The position numbers were made by a program, and so were the translations under genes. The notes under the pieces were generated by a model. It saw only the letters and a program-made list of their open reading frames with translations. It had not been told where the DNA came from and ran no database searches. A stretch of 63,982 nt of DNA, the filler included, from Folioceros fuciformis (lineage: Eukaryota): the NCBI GenBank assembly GCA_049999805.1. It is 5 parts of 5 records of this genome, joined end to end, with 100 filler letters (N's around TTAATTAATTAA, not from the genome) between each part and the next. Parts side by side here need not be neighbours in the genome. Positions count along the whole stretch, not along the records: positions 23,654 to 45,414 come from JBNGIO010004038.1; 4 more parts are not named here. One strand, 5' to 3'. This document shows, piece by piece, positions 23,655 through 34,367 of the stretch. Position 1 is the first letter of the stretch, and each line of letters begins with the position of its first letter.

Positions 23655-26096
23655 AGTTGCACAGCAGCAACCACAGCCTGTACACGCTGCTCCGCAAGTT
23701 GCACAACAGCCGCAGGTGGTAGCACAGCAACTGCAGGCTACTGATGCTGCACAAGCACAACCAGGAAATGCCGATTCAGATGTAGATATTGAAAATGGAG
23801 TCAACCTCCCTGACAATCTTGATGATTTCTTTGAAGATGACCCTGGTCCACAGAATTTAGAGGAGCCTCGACCCATGGAACCAGAGACTAGGTATCCTAG
23901 GAGACACAGGCTACCTCGAGATCAGTGGAAGGAGACTCCATATGAATCCATAGACTTTCGCCGTCACAGGGCAACACTTGCCACCAAAGCAGACAGTTCT
24001 GTTAAAGCTGAACCAAAAACATACCAGCAAGCAGTAACAGGAAGTGACAAACATCACTGGATCCCATCTATCCAGGATGAGTACCAGTCACTCATGAAGA
24101 ATGATACGTGGGAACTCTGTCCTCTACCTGCTGGCAGGAAAACTGTAAGTTGCAAGTGGGTATTTAAACACAAGCTAAATGCAGATGGTGAAATCGCACG
24201 CTATAAATCAAGACTTGTAGCGAGAGGCTTCTCACAGATTCATGGTGTGGACTTTACCGAGACCTTCAGTCCAGTTGTGAAAACTCAGTCAATTAGGATG
24301 ATCATTGCCCTTGCAGCTGCCAATGATTGGGATCTGCAACAGATGGACGTTTGTACTGCGTTCCTGTATGGGGAACTAGAGGAAGACATATACATGGAGC
24401 AGCCAGAAGGCTTCGTTGACCCTGAGCACCCTGATTGGGTGTGTCGTCTTAAGAAAACTCTCTACAGCCTGAAACAAAGCGCCAGGGAGTGGTATAAGTG
24501 CATAGATAAGTATATGAAATCGATAGGGTTTGTACAAAATCCTAGAGATGCAAATGTGTACATTTACCTTAAAGATGGGCATCTTGTCATCCTGGCTCTA
24601 TATGTTGATGATGCCATCCTTGCGTCAAATAGTCCTGAGCTGTTAGAATGGGTCAAAGGAATGTTACACAAGCAGTTCGACATGAAGGATATAGGACAGC
24701 TTACCTTCGTGCTTGGTGTACAGCTGGTGAGAAACAGGGCAGATAGATCTATAGTCCTGCATCAAACTAAATATATAAATGAGACATTGCGTAGATTCAG
24801 CTTAGATCAATCAAAACCAATGTCAACTCCAGGAATAGCTGGGTTAAAACTCACCTCTGATCAGTCACCTCAAAGTGATGATGAACGGGAAGCCATGCAG
24901 CAGGTGCCATACCGCCATGCTGTGGGATGTCTAAATTACATAAGCTGCTGGACTCGTCCCGACATACAATACGTTGTAAGCTCAGGTTCTCAGTTTCTGG
25001 AGAACCCCGGGAAAGAACACTGGGGAGCTGTCAAGAGGGTTCTGAGGTATCTAAAGGGCACTGTTAATTATGGGCTATGCTTCTCAGGACAGACTGGCAG
25101 CATTGCACCTGTAGGGTATGCAAATGCCGATTGGGCAACTGACCCTGAAACCAGACGAAGCATCTCGGCTTATTGCTTTGTGATGGCTGGAGCTACTGTC
25201 AACTGGAGCTCGAAAAAGCAAACGTCAGTGGCGCTATCATCTACTGAGGCAGAGTACAAGGCTCTGACAGATTCAGCCAAGGAGGCTGAATGGGAAAGGA
25301 GTTTTCTACAAGGGTTAGGTTACAAGCCAGCAATGCCCACTGTCGTCCACTATGACAATATGTCCACAATAGCCCTGGTTGGGAACCCTCGATTTCATGC
25401 ACGCACGAAGCACATCGAGGTCCACCACCACTTTGTTAGGCATTCACAGGAAAGGAAAGTGGTCAAAATTGAATACATCTCAACTGATGAAAACAGAGCT
25501 GACTTGCTTACAAAGAACCTACCGAAGCCTAAGCACTATTTCCACATGGAGTCCATGGGACTAAGACCTTGCCCTTCCTTGCAACAGTAGTGTAGGCAGA
25601 GCTGTCAGCACGTTGTAGCAGAACATGAGAACTGGTCAATTCTACAGGGATAAAAAGGAACACAACAATATGAAGGCAGCTGGAGGTGGATGAAGCATCA
25701 GAGACATACCTAATCACCTGCCTCTGCCATGGTCATGGTCATCATGATGTTGATACAGGAGGTAGATGGCAATCACGAAGGCACAAAGTGACAGACACTG
25801 TGACAGGCTTCCTGCCATGGTCTCTTACGGCGGATTACGGCTTGGATCCAATAGTGGCTCCTGTTTACGGGGGCGTGTTGAGAGTAACCGTGCCGTTAGG
25901 GTTACACGTTATATAAACATATGCCAGTTAGATTAGGGCCATGTATATCAAAGTGACTTAGTTAAACCTAATTACGAAAGGACATGACTTTACAATTTTG
26001 TATATAAGGAGAAACTTATCATCAATTAATCGTTCGTTCATTTGGCAAGTTTGTTGTCCAAGTTTTGTATTCTTATCGAACGATCCCCAAACAACA
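23655..26096 (+). mobile_element. Ty1/copia element, 3' half: RT + RNase H ORF, PPT and 3' LTR
   Basis: Uninterrupted ORF to 25590 with RYKSRLVARGFSQ, QMDVCTAFL, LYVDD, SSTEAEY and RTKHIEV. Purine tract gggggcg precedes tgttg at 25876; the LTR ends at ..caaca near 26096 (approximate). Confidence 0.93.
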
Positions 26097-27630
26097 ATGC
26101 CTCTCACATTCAAGCCAGTTTCGAGTCCGTCAGATTAGCCCCATTACCGGTTTTCTGTGCCCATTCATGTGGACGGCAAAAAGGCCGGTTCCTCAGGCTG
26201 TCATTTACATACTGAGCACAATTTTATTATGACAAGCAAATGATGGTTTCTCTCAGCAAAATGTTCGTCATAAACCCAAAATATTTATTATAGCCACATC
26301 ATAAATGGCATCATAAACCACCCCAAAATGTAGTAGTGCTGGTAAATCCATCTGCCCAACTCTTTGGAGGAATTGGAGTTGAATGGAAGGCAGGTAAGCT
26401 TTAGTGAACAATGCAAAACACTAGTAACTATGCTCACTGCATGAGGTGCATGATGGGTTAACTTGGAAGACAGCTCCTACTGTGATCAGCACTATGAAGG
26501 TAAGTGCGATTGTTCAATTTCCGAGAAAGTGGTAGGCATTGGTAAAGATCCCCTACCTCTAAGCACTGACTTGTGTATGTGCGTCTTATGTGTCAGGCAC
26601 CATCGGCCCCTACAGTTGTGGCAAACCATGGGACCCTACAGGGAAATCCTATATGTGTGCAAACAGATCAATTTGTGGTGTGAAGATTGTCATGAGGCTG
26701 AAAGTGCCTTAAATATTGGGTTGAAGCCCTATGTGGAGATAGATGCTTTGCATCATTTGCAAAGGTTTTATTGAATTGGTGTGAACTTGCCGTAGGTTGC
26801 TAGCTCATATAAACCCAAAATTTGTGTGGCCAATTACTGTGTGATGGTAGTAAACAAGTGTTCCCTAGTTGTGAGGGATGATCACATGTTAACGTTTCAT
26901 TCAGTCTACAAACATTCCGCACACAAAGTTCCTAATGTCCCAATGGTTGTGGGCACGAACGCTACAACCCATTTCATGTAAGGCATGAAAACAAAGCGAG
27001 CTCCTGAGCTTGCACACCTTCAAACCCTACGGGCTGGAGAGAAGGAGGCGGAGGGTGGCAGGCTTGTCACGCGTGCAGGGCTCCTCCTCCTCCTGCTTCT
27101 TGATGTCCCTCCTCCTAGCTAATGTCCTTGCGATGCATGTAAACCCTTGGCAATGCAAGGACGGTGGTAGTTTTTTTATCTGTGTGTAACTTGTACTTAA
27201 AAACATGCCGATGTCCTGCATGAGCCCTAAAACATACCTTTATGTGTCTCCATTGGTCCACAAGCCGTATGCAGAGAGGAAAAAATAATCTGGTATATTA
27301 TACTAAGATGGGTCCCATGATATGGGTATGTGCACTAGATTCTGAGGTATATTTCCATATGAAATATGTATTTGAAAAAAAAACAATTGTGTGTCCAGCC
27401 GTTGTCCCTGCCGGAATCCAAATCAACCTTGCCTTTTAGTGCATCCCACACCACGTTTTGGAAATGTTGGAGTGAGAAAAGGTTACCAATGAAAAGTAAA
27501 TAACCTAGTTTTAAATGGAAAAAGGAAAAAGAAAAAAAAAGTTTTATGAAACAAGCTAGGGGAAACCATCTACGACCGGAAGCAACCAACTAAGGGCTTC
27601 CGACAATGGGGACTAACCCCCAGCGGTTGG

Positions 27631-29928
27631 GTGGGAGCGGTGCTTCCGTTCCCGTTTGCGGTCCCGGGGGTGCGGCAAGGCCCAAGCAAGGTCCGGCAGT
27701 TGATGGGGGCCCGTGTAACGGTTTGCGCGCAGGACAGGACAGGACGGGGCGCCTCCACCAGAACCGGCGGATGCGAGGCCAGTGGCAGGCAGCAAACGAT
27801 GGAGTTCTCGCCTCCCTCCCCGGAGGCGCCCGAGCCGTTTGAGGATTTCGCCGGCGCTCTCACCGGGCTGCATAGGGCAAAAGGGCAGGTCCTGGAGGAG
27901 GATCGCACGCACTGCCAGGCGCAGCAGCACGGGTTACCCTCTGCTCCAGACGACTCCTCGGCCGGCCTGGCCACAGTCGCGCTAGCGCAGGAACAGGAAC
28001 AGGAGCAGCAGCATCAGCATCAGCGAGAAGAGGATCCCAGCGGGAGCAGCAGCTCCAAGGCCTCGCTCTCGGACCAGGCCTCCAACCGGACGCAGGTCAA
28101 GGGGACAGCGGGGGCATCCGGGAGTAGCGCGGAGAGCAGCCAGAGCTCCAGCAGGGCGCACACTGACAGGAGGCTCAACAGCTGGATCAGCAGGCTGCAC
28201 GGGGAGGCGGACCAGGAAATAAAGGCCGTGCCATCGGAGCCGGAGCAGGAGCAGAAGCAGCAAGGGGGACTTAACGCTGCGGAGTCGGACGAGGCCCGAC
28301 GGAAGCGTGAGCAGGAGGAGGCGCGGGAGCGGCGGGCGGAGGAGGTAACGAGGTCGCTGCAGCGGACGCAGGAGGCCAGGCGGTGCAGGGACAGGGCTGC
28401 CGCCCGGGAGTTGGAGAGGGAGCGGATCAGGCGGCGGGAGAAGGAGATCTTGGCGCTGGAAGCTCGGCTGAGCGCCATTCGGAAGCGGGAGCGGGAGCGG
28501 GTGCAGAGCGAACTGGCGCTGTGGGACAAGGAGAGACGGATCTACGAGAGCAAGGTGTGCGCGCAGAGGCAGAAGGTGCGGCAGACTCGGAGGGAGGCAG
28601 AGCACGAGACGCTTGTGGAGAGGGAGAGCGTCGGCTTGAACGCGCGCCTGTCCGTGGCTAGGGTGAAGCACAGGGAGCGGCTCATCGAGCAGGAGCGGCA
28701 GCGGGACAAGGCCCGCGCTGCCCTAGGATTCGAGGCGCGCTCTTCCTGGGAGCGCGCGATTGACAGGGAGAGGCAGCGGATTTTTGGAGTGCAGAGGGAT
28801 AAGGAGCTGCGGTCGTGGGAGGCGCGCCGGAGTGTGCAGCGAGAGATCGAAAGGACCAGGAGAAGGGAGGAGGAGAGGCTGGAGCAGCGGACGCGCCACA
28901 GCTACGCTTGGGAGGCCAGGAGTGCTGGTGTGAGAAAGATCGAGTGGGAGAGGCAGGTTGGGAGGGAGTGGGAGATCGAGAGGCAGAGGCTCGCTCTCGA
29001 GGCCAGGGAGGCTCTCGAGCGGGAGAGGGATAGGGTGAACTCGGGGCTTGAAAGCTGGAACACCAACTATGCTTCCTGGGAAGGTGTAACCGGTGCTCAT
29101 GCTGCCGATGTGAAAAACAATACAGACGATGCCGGATCCGAGGTTTTCGATCTCGGGAATCTGGACTCCGACAGCGATACCTCCCTCGCTACTTTCGCAG
29201 GACACGGAAGTCCCGCGTCGCAGATCGAGGTGAGGAAGATTGAAGAGGATGCCAAGAGTTTGCCCTCCAAGCTTGAGCCAGCATCGAGTCCTGCCCGATC
29301 CGTGGCTCTAGAGTTGGAACCTGCCAGCGTCACCAGATCAGATTCTGTGGCTCTAGAACTAGATCCTATCAGTGTCACCAGAACTGCGGCTCGAGAATTA
29401 CAGCCTGACAGTGTTAGTGTGGCTGAGTTGGAGACGTACAAGTTCCAGGAGAGAGTAGAGCATATTGACTCGGCGCAGCTTGAAGACACGTCCCAGACAT
29501 CATCCGCTCTACGACAAGACGCTGGCATCAACGAGTCCCAGGAGAGCCCTACAAAACCAGCGCAATGGGGTGCGGACATCGATGAAGTAACAGCAGCTGC
29601 TCAAGAGGAAACCTTGCTTGCAACATTGCAAGGATCTGAAGTTCCCGGGGACACTGATTCTGTCACCACGAGCACTCCTCGCTCAGAGCCGGAGGAAGCT
29701 GGCGCCGAGGAGGCAGATCAGGGAACCGTCACTGCTCAAGGAAAACGAATCATTGAAGTTAGTAGCACCAAGGAGCATCTTGAAACCTACTACTACAACG
29801 ACAAGTACTATGACGACGAGATTGAAGAGGGAGGTGTTTCATTTGACGATGATGCTGTAGGGGAGGGAAGCAGGAAGCACAGCCGAGTGGACGAACGAGT
29901 ATACCCGCCGCCGTATCGATTGCTATAG
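27631..29928 (+). CDS. Orphan intronless protein with Arg/Glu-rich helical region (likely start ATG 27703 or 27799)
   Basis: 765-codon GC-rich open frame with recurring (L/F/W)EAR motifs in an ER-rich segment, three SVALELEP-like repeats and an acidic tail. Confidence 0.72.
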   Translation: MGAVLPFPFAVPGVRQGPSKVRQLMGARVTVCAQDRTGRGASTRTGGCEASGRQQTMEFSPPSPEAPEPFEDFAGALTGLHRAKGQVLEEDRTHCQAQQHGLPSAPDDSSAGLATVALAQEQEQEQQHQHQREEDPSGSSSSKASLSDQASNRTQVKGTAGASGSSAESSQSSSRAHTDRRLNSWISRLHGEADQEIKAVPSEPEQEQKQQGGLNAAESDEARRKREQEEARERRAEEVTRSLQRTQEARRCRDRAAARELERERIRRREKEILALEARLSAIRKRERERVQSELALWDKERRIYESKVCAQRQKVRQTRREAEHETLVERESVGLNARLSVARVKHRERLIEQERQRDKARAALGFEARSSWERAIDRERQRIFGVQRDKELRSWEARRSVQREIERTRRREEERLEQRTRHSYAWEARSAGVRKIEWERQVGREWEIERQRLALEAREALERERDRVNSGLESWNTNYASWEGVTGAHAADVKNNTDDAGSEVFDLGNLDSDSDTSLATFAGHGSPASQIEVRKIEEDAKSLPSKLEPASSPARSVALELEPASVTRSDSVALELDPISVTRTAARELQPDSVSVAELETYKFQERVEHIDSAQLEDTSQTSSALRQDAGINESQESPTKPAQWGADIDEVTAAAQEETLLATLQGSEVPGDTDSVTTSTPRSEPEEAGAEEADQGTVTAQGKRIIEVSSTKEHLETYYYNDKYYDDEIEEGGVSFDDDAVGEGSRKHSRVDERVYPPPYRLL

Positions 29929-29974
29929 CTCGTGGCCTAGCAGTGTTTGCATGCGGAGTTGAATAATTGTAGCG

Positions 29975-32077
29975 ATGGCCTGGAAATCTTGGCTGTGCAC
30001 AAGCAGGAATAGGCCTCGGATTCCTAAGGCCAGTGTAAGTTCAGAAGACAGCTGCGGGGTTGGATTGAGCCCGACTCGTGCTTCTGCCAGCGGCGTCACG
30101 GAATACGGTGAAGGGAGCTCTTCGCAAGGGGGAAGCACCATCTGTGATGCATCTGATAAAAATTCGCCAGCACCCAAAGAGCAAGAACTGAGCTCATGGG
30201 AAAGCATTGGAAGTGACATCGAGACAGATGATCAGAAACAGGATTCCTTTCACCTCCACGGAGAGCCTGGTACGGTAGGCAATCAAGTTTCCACAGACAG
30301 GGCCACAGACCGGGACCATGGGACGGAGGACGAGAGTGTTCAGACCGGTAGTGTCATGGCCGCAGGTCTCACACGGCCTCATGACGGCGACCAAGTGATG
30401 GCGCACTGCGTTGCGCCGAGGGAGTTGAGCAGGCGAGAGTGTGGAAGGAGGAAGCCTGGCGCCATCGGAGGGGAGGTAGTAGGTACTCAGCATCAGCCGG
30501 TATCAAATTACAGCGACCGAGCGAGCGCGCCTTGCGTTGCGCAGAGGGAGGCGAGCAGGCGAGAGTGTGGAAGGAGGAAGCCTGGCGCCATCGGAGGGGA
30601 TGTACGTACTAGCTATCAGCCGGGAGAAAATGTATGTGGGGCACAGAAATTTGTTCGTCAGAGCCAGCAAGTTCGAACACGACATGAGACGAAATTTAGC
30701 GCTGGTGGGAACTATGGTCCAAGGGGAGAAGGAGGAGTCTCGGAGGTGCTGATGCTGGATCAAGGGGAAAGAGGCCTTACAAGGAGCAAGTGTAAGCTCT
30801 CCGATTTCGCGATGAAGTCCAATTTGGATAGAGCCCTGGATGAGTGGCTGGCGCAGCGTAACAATCTGAAGGAATGGAAGGCGGAGTTTGATGTGAGTTT
30901 GCATGTTGATGAAGAGGAGGTATCTGACCTAGGCTCAGTCATTGACGACACCGCGCCCGAAACAATAGATGAGGCATCTCGGAGCTTCAGCTGTCGGCCA
31001 GGCTTACATGCACTCGCTGTGGAGAGTGATCTTGATGTTTCATGGTGCAATAACAGAGGGGAGAAATCAGAGTGGCAAGCTGCTCTGGATTCTTGGCGGC
31101 AAGAGCTAGATGGAGAGCAGACACACACTGCTGCTAATTTGATGGAAGGCGACCGAACCTGCACAAAAGGAGAAATGCCATTGGAATCAAGCAATCTGTG
31201 GGCTAGCAACCTTGAAAGCTGGCAGAAGTTACAGTGTTACGGAGAGTTGGAGAACCAGTCCGTGAACGAAGCCCAAGCGTGTGCAGAGCACGAGACAAAT
31301 TCGTGGCAAGATGCTCCAGGTCTCCACTCGTGGCGGCCTAATTTAGAGGACATTCGAGAGGAAGACAGACAACGAGGCTTTGAAGCAAGTTTATGTGCAG
31401 ACAGAGAACGTAATCTGGAGGTGCAACGAGCACTGGAATCCTGGGCTGAGCTCGAGACTGAGAAAGAGCAAGACAGGAAGGCCAAGCTGGAGACAAGTCT
31501 GTGTGCAGACAGAGAGAGGGATCTTCAGTGGCAGAGGAACTTAAGGGTGTGGAGTAGTGACCACGACAAACGTAAAGAGTTCGATGCGGAGAATGCAGTC
31601 GAGGCTAGAGAACGAGACTGGGAGTGGCAGAGCATTGCGAAGTCTTGGCGACCGACAGAGGGGGCCACCAAGTCGGAGGCTAGGGTACGTGCAATAAGAG
31701 AGGAGTTGGAACTGCCGAGCACGCATGAATCCTGGAGGAAGCTGGAATGCCAGAGGGAACTAGAAAGGGGAAGAAAGTTCGAGGCTAGTCTGTGTGCAGA
31801 AATGGAAAAAGATGCGGAGTGGCAAATGTGCGTGGATTTATGGCGACAGGCAGAGAGCAGAAGAGAAGCGGGAAGAGAGGAGAAGTTTGAAATGGCGGTG
31901 TGTGCTGACCGGCAAGGTGAGCTTGATTGGAGATGCTTTTGGGATATGTGGCTTGCTGAAGAGAGGGAGATGGAGATGGAGAGGAAGCGCTGCTTTGAGA
32001 CCAAACTGGGGAAGGCCAGGCACAACGCGTGGTACAAATTTGTGGAAGCTTGGTTGTCCAGGGATTCAAGGTCCTAA
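29975..32077 (+). CDS. Orphan intronless protein with ~36-aa Trp/Cys-containing repeats
   Basis: 700-codon ATG-initiated ORF. C-terminal repeats of type (E)SW..LE..E.R..FEASLCA(D/E)RE.D..WQ. Internal duplication CVA.RE.SRRECGRRKPGAIGG at ~30406 and ~30532. Confidence 0.78.
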   Translation: MAWKSWLCTSRNRPRIPKASVSSEDSCGVGLSPTRASASGVTEYGEGSSSQGGSTICDASDKNSPAPKEQELSSWESIGSDIETDDQKQDSFHLHGEPGTVGNQVSTDRATDRDHGTEDESVQTGSVMAAGLTRPHDGDQVMAHCVAPRELSRRECGRRKPGAIGGEVVGTQHQPVSNYSDRASAPCVAQREASRRECGRRKPGAIGGDVRTSYQPGENVCGAQKFVRQSQQVRTRHETKFSAGGNYGPRGEGGVSEVLMLDQGERGLTRSKCKLSDFAMKSNLDRALDEWLAQRNNLKEWKAEFDVSLHVDEEEVSDLGSVIDDTAPETIDEASRSFSCRPGLHALAVESDLDVSWCNNRGEKSEWQAALDSWRQELDGEQTHTAANLMEGDRTCTKGEMPLESSNLWASNLESWQKLQCYGELENQSVNEAQACAEHETNSWQDAPGLHSWRPNLEDIREEDRQRGFEASLCADRERNLEVQRALESWAELETEKEQDRKAKLETSLCADRERDLQWQRNLRVWSSDHDKRKEFDAENAVEARERDWEWQSIAKSWRPTEGATKSEARVRAIREELELPSTHESWRKLECQRELERGRKFEASLCAEMEKDAEWQMCVDLWRQAESRREAGREEKFEMAVCADRQGELDWRCFWDMWLAEEREMEMERKRCFETKLGKARHNAWYKFVEAWLSRDSRS

Positions 32078-32479
32078 CTTAATCCCTTGTGTAGGCAGGT
32101 ACGTGGGTTTCCCCTTTGAAACGCTTACTAAAGAAAAATGGCAAGTTGGCGAGTGAAACCCCCTTCACTGGTCATTCATTCAAGTACTCCATTACCCTAA
32201 CCTAATTTCTGAGTGCTGCAAGAGCGCCAACACCGCATCTTCAGGTACTATTTAATTGCCCCAGAAATCCCAAAACACTTTTTTCAACCGTCATCAAGTT
32301 GTTATCTCACCGTGAGGCTAGCCGGCAATGGCAAACGTGCCTAGGATCCGTTAGCTTGCAATGCCTGGAAACAGGATTTTTCCAACGTCACACTCGTACC
32401 CATACTTGGAACCGAGCCCTCAGCTCGGCAGAATTAGTATCCGATCCTCCGTGTGGCAAGACTCTTAACTCCTTGGATG

Positions 32480-32790
32480 CCAGTGGAAACTCAAGTTTTC
32501 GGTCGACAACCAGCAGCCCTCTTTCAACTTCTGTGAGAGCTGCTGCCTGCACTTCTGCAAGGCACCGGTGCTTACAACAAAACAAAAAAGTATGTAGAGA
32601 GAGGGAGTATCTTCTTTCGTATGCCATAGCCAAGTCCTTATTGTGGATACTCAGCAAGTAAGACATTCCGTGCCACCACATTCTTTGAGGCCAAGATGTC
32701 AAAGTATGGCGTGCATTGTACCGTCACCACATTGTGCTTGCGTATCCACCAGGCAATGGCGATACTGCTCCATACCAGTGCTCTTTCAAA
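32480..32790 (-). pseudogene. Degenerate PLS-class PPR motif fragment
   Basis: Frames give FDILASKNVVARNVLLAEYPQ*GLG and VSTGALQKCRQ..ERGLLVVD, resembling the PPR motifs FD.M..KNVVAWN.LI.GYAQ.G.G and GAL..GRQ.H. Confidence 0.5.
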
Positions 32791-32976
32791 ATACACCAGT
32801 ACCCATCCTTCTGTATAGCATAAGTGCATCCACGGGACTTCAGAAGGCGAGCAAAAGGGACCTTGGAAAACTACGGTCAGTCCCTACTCCATTTCTCCCT
32901 ACATCACAAGCTCCTCCTATCAAGCCCTTGTTGGCATACCGAGTTCAGAATACCAGTGCTATTATGATGTGAGGGT

Positions 32977-33915
32977 CAAGGTAATGTTGTGGGCTTAATG
33001 TCTTTGTTGAATGCGTGCAAAGCTCATGCCAATATAAAGAGGGCAGTGTGGTGTCTTGAAAGCATTATTAAGCTGGACCCTAGATGCACGTCTGCGCATG
33101 TACTCATGGCCAAAGGTTATGCAGATGCAGTAGGTGGCGTGTAATGGCATACCAAAGGGGACACGCCCCCTCTCTCTAGGATTTTTTTCAGACACACCGT
33201 TGTGCGTTGTGTGTCCTTTTTGGCGCGTAACCGGATATTTGATAGATGCATGTGAACGTTTCCTCGGATCAAAAAAAACTTGCCACCACCCTAGCCAAAT
33301 CTCTTGCCCGAATATTCTGGGATCGACCCTCAAAAGCGAATATTCTATGAAGATCCAACCCTAAAGAGAGAGTATTCTGTGAAGATCCAGCCCTAGGGAA
33401 CAGGAAATCTGTATGACAAATTTACAGAGTGTGAACATGAAAACGAAGAGTTGTGGTGTTTTTTATGTGTCCCCTTTGGTACGGCGTCCGGTTTGGTTGG
33501 TTTACCAAAAGGGACAGGAGAAATATAGGCATCAAAAGGGAATATTCGGCTAGACACCCCACGGGAAACCCTTAAAAAATGCATAGTGAGAGAGTGTCCC
33601 CTTTGGTATGCCACAAGAGTGATGTAGACAAGATTGAAACTCAGGCAATGGCAACGCGAGCTAAGAAACCTGCAGAGGTTGCCATTGAGGGGGATATGGA
33701 GGTACATAGATTTGTGGTGGGAGAATGAAGAGAGAATATTGCACTCAACATAGAGACCATGAATCCACGCCTGAAGCAAGAAGGAGGCCACGTACCTCAA
33801 ACAAAGTTGGTTCTAAAGGCGGTGAGTGAGAAGGAAATATGAAGATGTGCTTTGTGGGCGTGCAGAGAAGCTAGCGTTGGCGTGTGGTCGTTTGAACACT
33901 TCGAGTGGGACACAG
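32977..33915 (+). pseudogene. PPR C-terminal E1-E2-DYW (DYW:KP subclass) remnant interrupted by a MITE-like insertion
   Basis: E domains NVVGLMSLLNACKAHAN..IKLDPRCTSAHVLMAKGYADA, then the insertion, then DVDKIE..AKKPAEVAIE..VHRFVVGE*..GGHVPQTKLVLK..EDVLCGRAEKLALACGRLNT. Confidence 0.82.
33145..33613. mobile_element. MITE-like non-autonomous element with terminal inverted repeats
   Basis: tggcataccaaaggggacac at 33145 and its reverse complement gtgtcccctttggtatgcca ending at 33613. It splits the PPR E2 motif. No clean TSD was identified. Confidence 0.75.
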
Positions 33916-34062
33916 ACACTCCCTCTCTATACATATTTTATTGTTTTCTCACAGCTTCACTTGGAGTCTCAAAGCCATTTGAAAAATGCCCCTTTTCTTC
34001 TNNNNNNNNNNGATTTGGTGGGAAAGTTATCAAGAACAAGGGGCTTTGCTGAGGTCTAACTA

Positions 34063-34367
34063 TGGCATACCAAAGGGGACACTCTCTCACTATACATTTT
34101 TTAAGGGTTTCCCAGGGGATATATACCCAAATATTCCTTTTTCATGCCAATATTTTTCTTGTCCCTTTTGGTAAACCAACCAAACCGGACGCTGCACCAA
34201 AGAGGATACTGAAAAAACACCACAACTCTTCGTTTTCATGTTCACACTCCGTATATTTATCATACAGCTTTTCTCTTTTTTGGGTTGGATCTTCACAAAA
34301 TATTCTTTTTAGGGTTGGATCTTCATAGAATATTCTCTTTTAGGGTTGGATCTTCACAGAATATTCT
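34063..34367. mobile_element. Second terminus of the same TIR family (inverted copy of ~33335-33613)
   Basis: Starts tggcataccaaaggggacactctctcac and aligns over ~280 bp with the reverse complement of the right part of the MITE. Includes ~30-bp agggttggatcttca repeats, a motif that recurs at ~38623. Confidence 0.75.

Noticed and set aside
26100-27500. Possible CACTA transposase remnant (FANDAKHL, IST*GFNP on the minus strand)
   Set aside because: Two short motifs in different frames with no CACTA termini; insufficient evidence.
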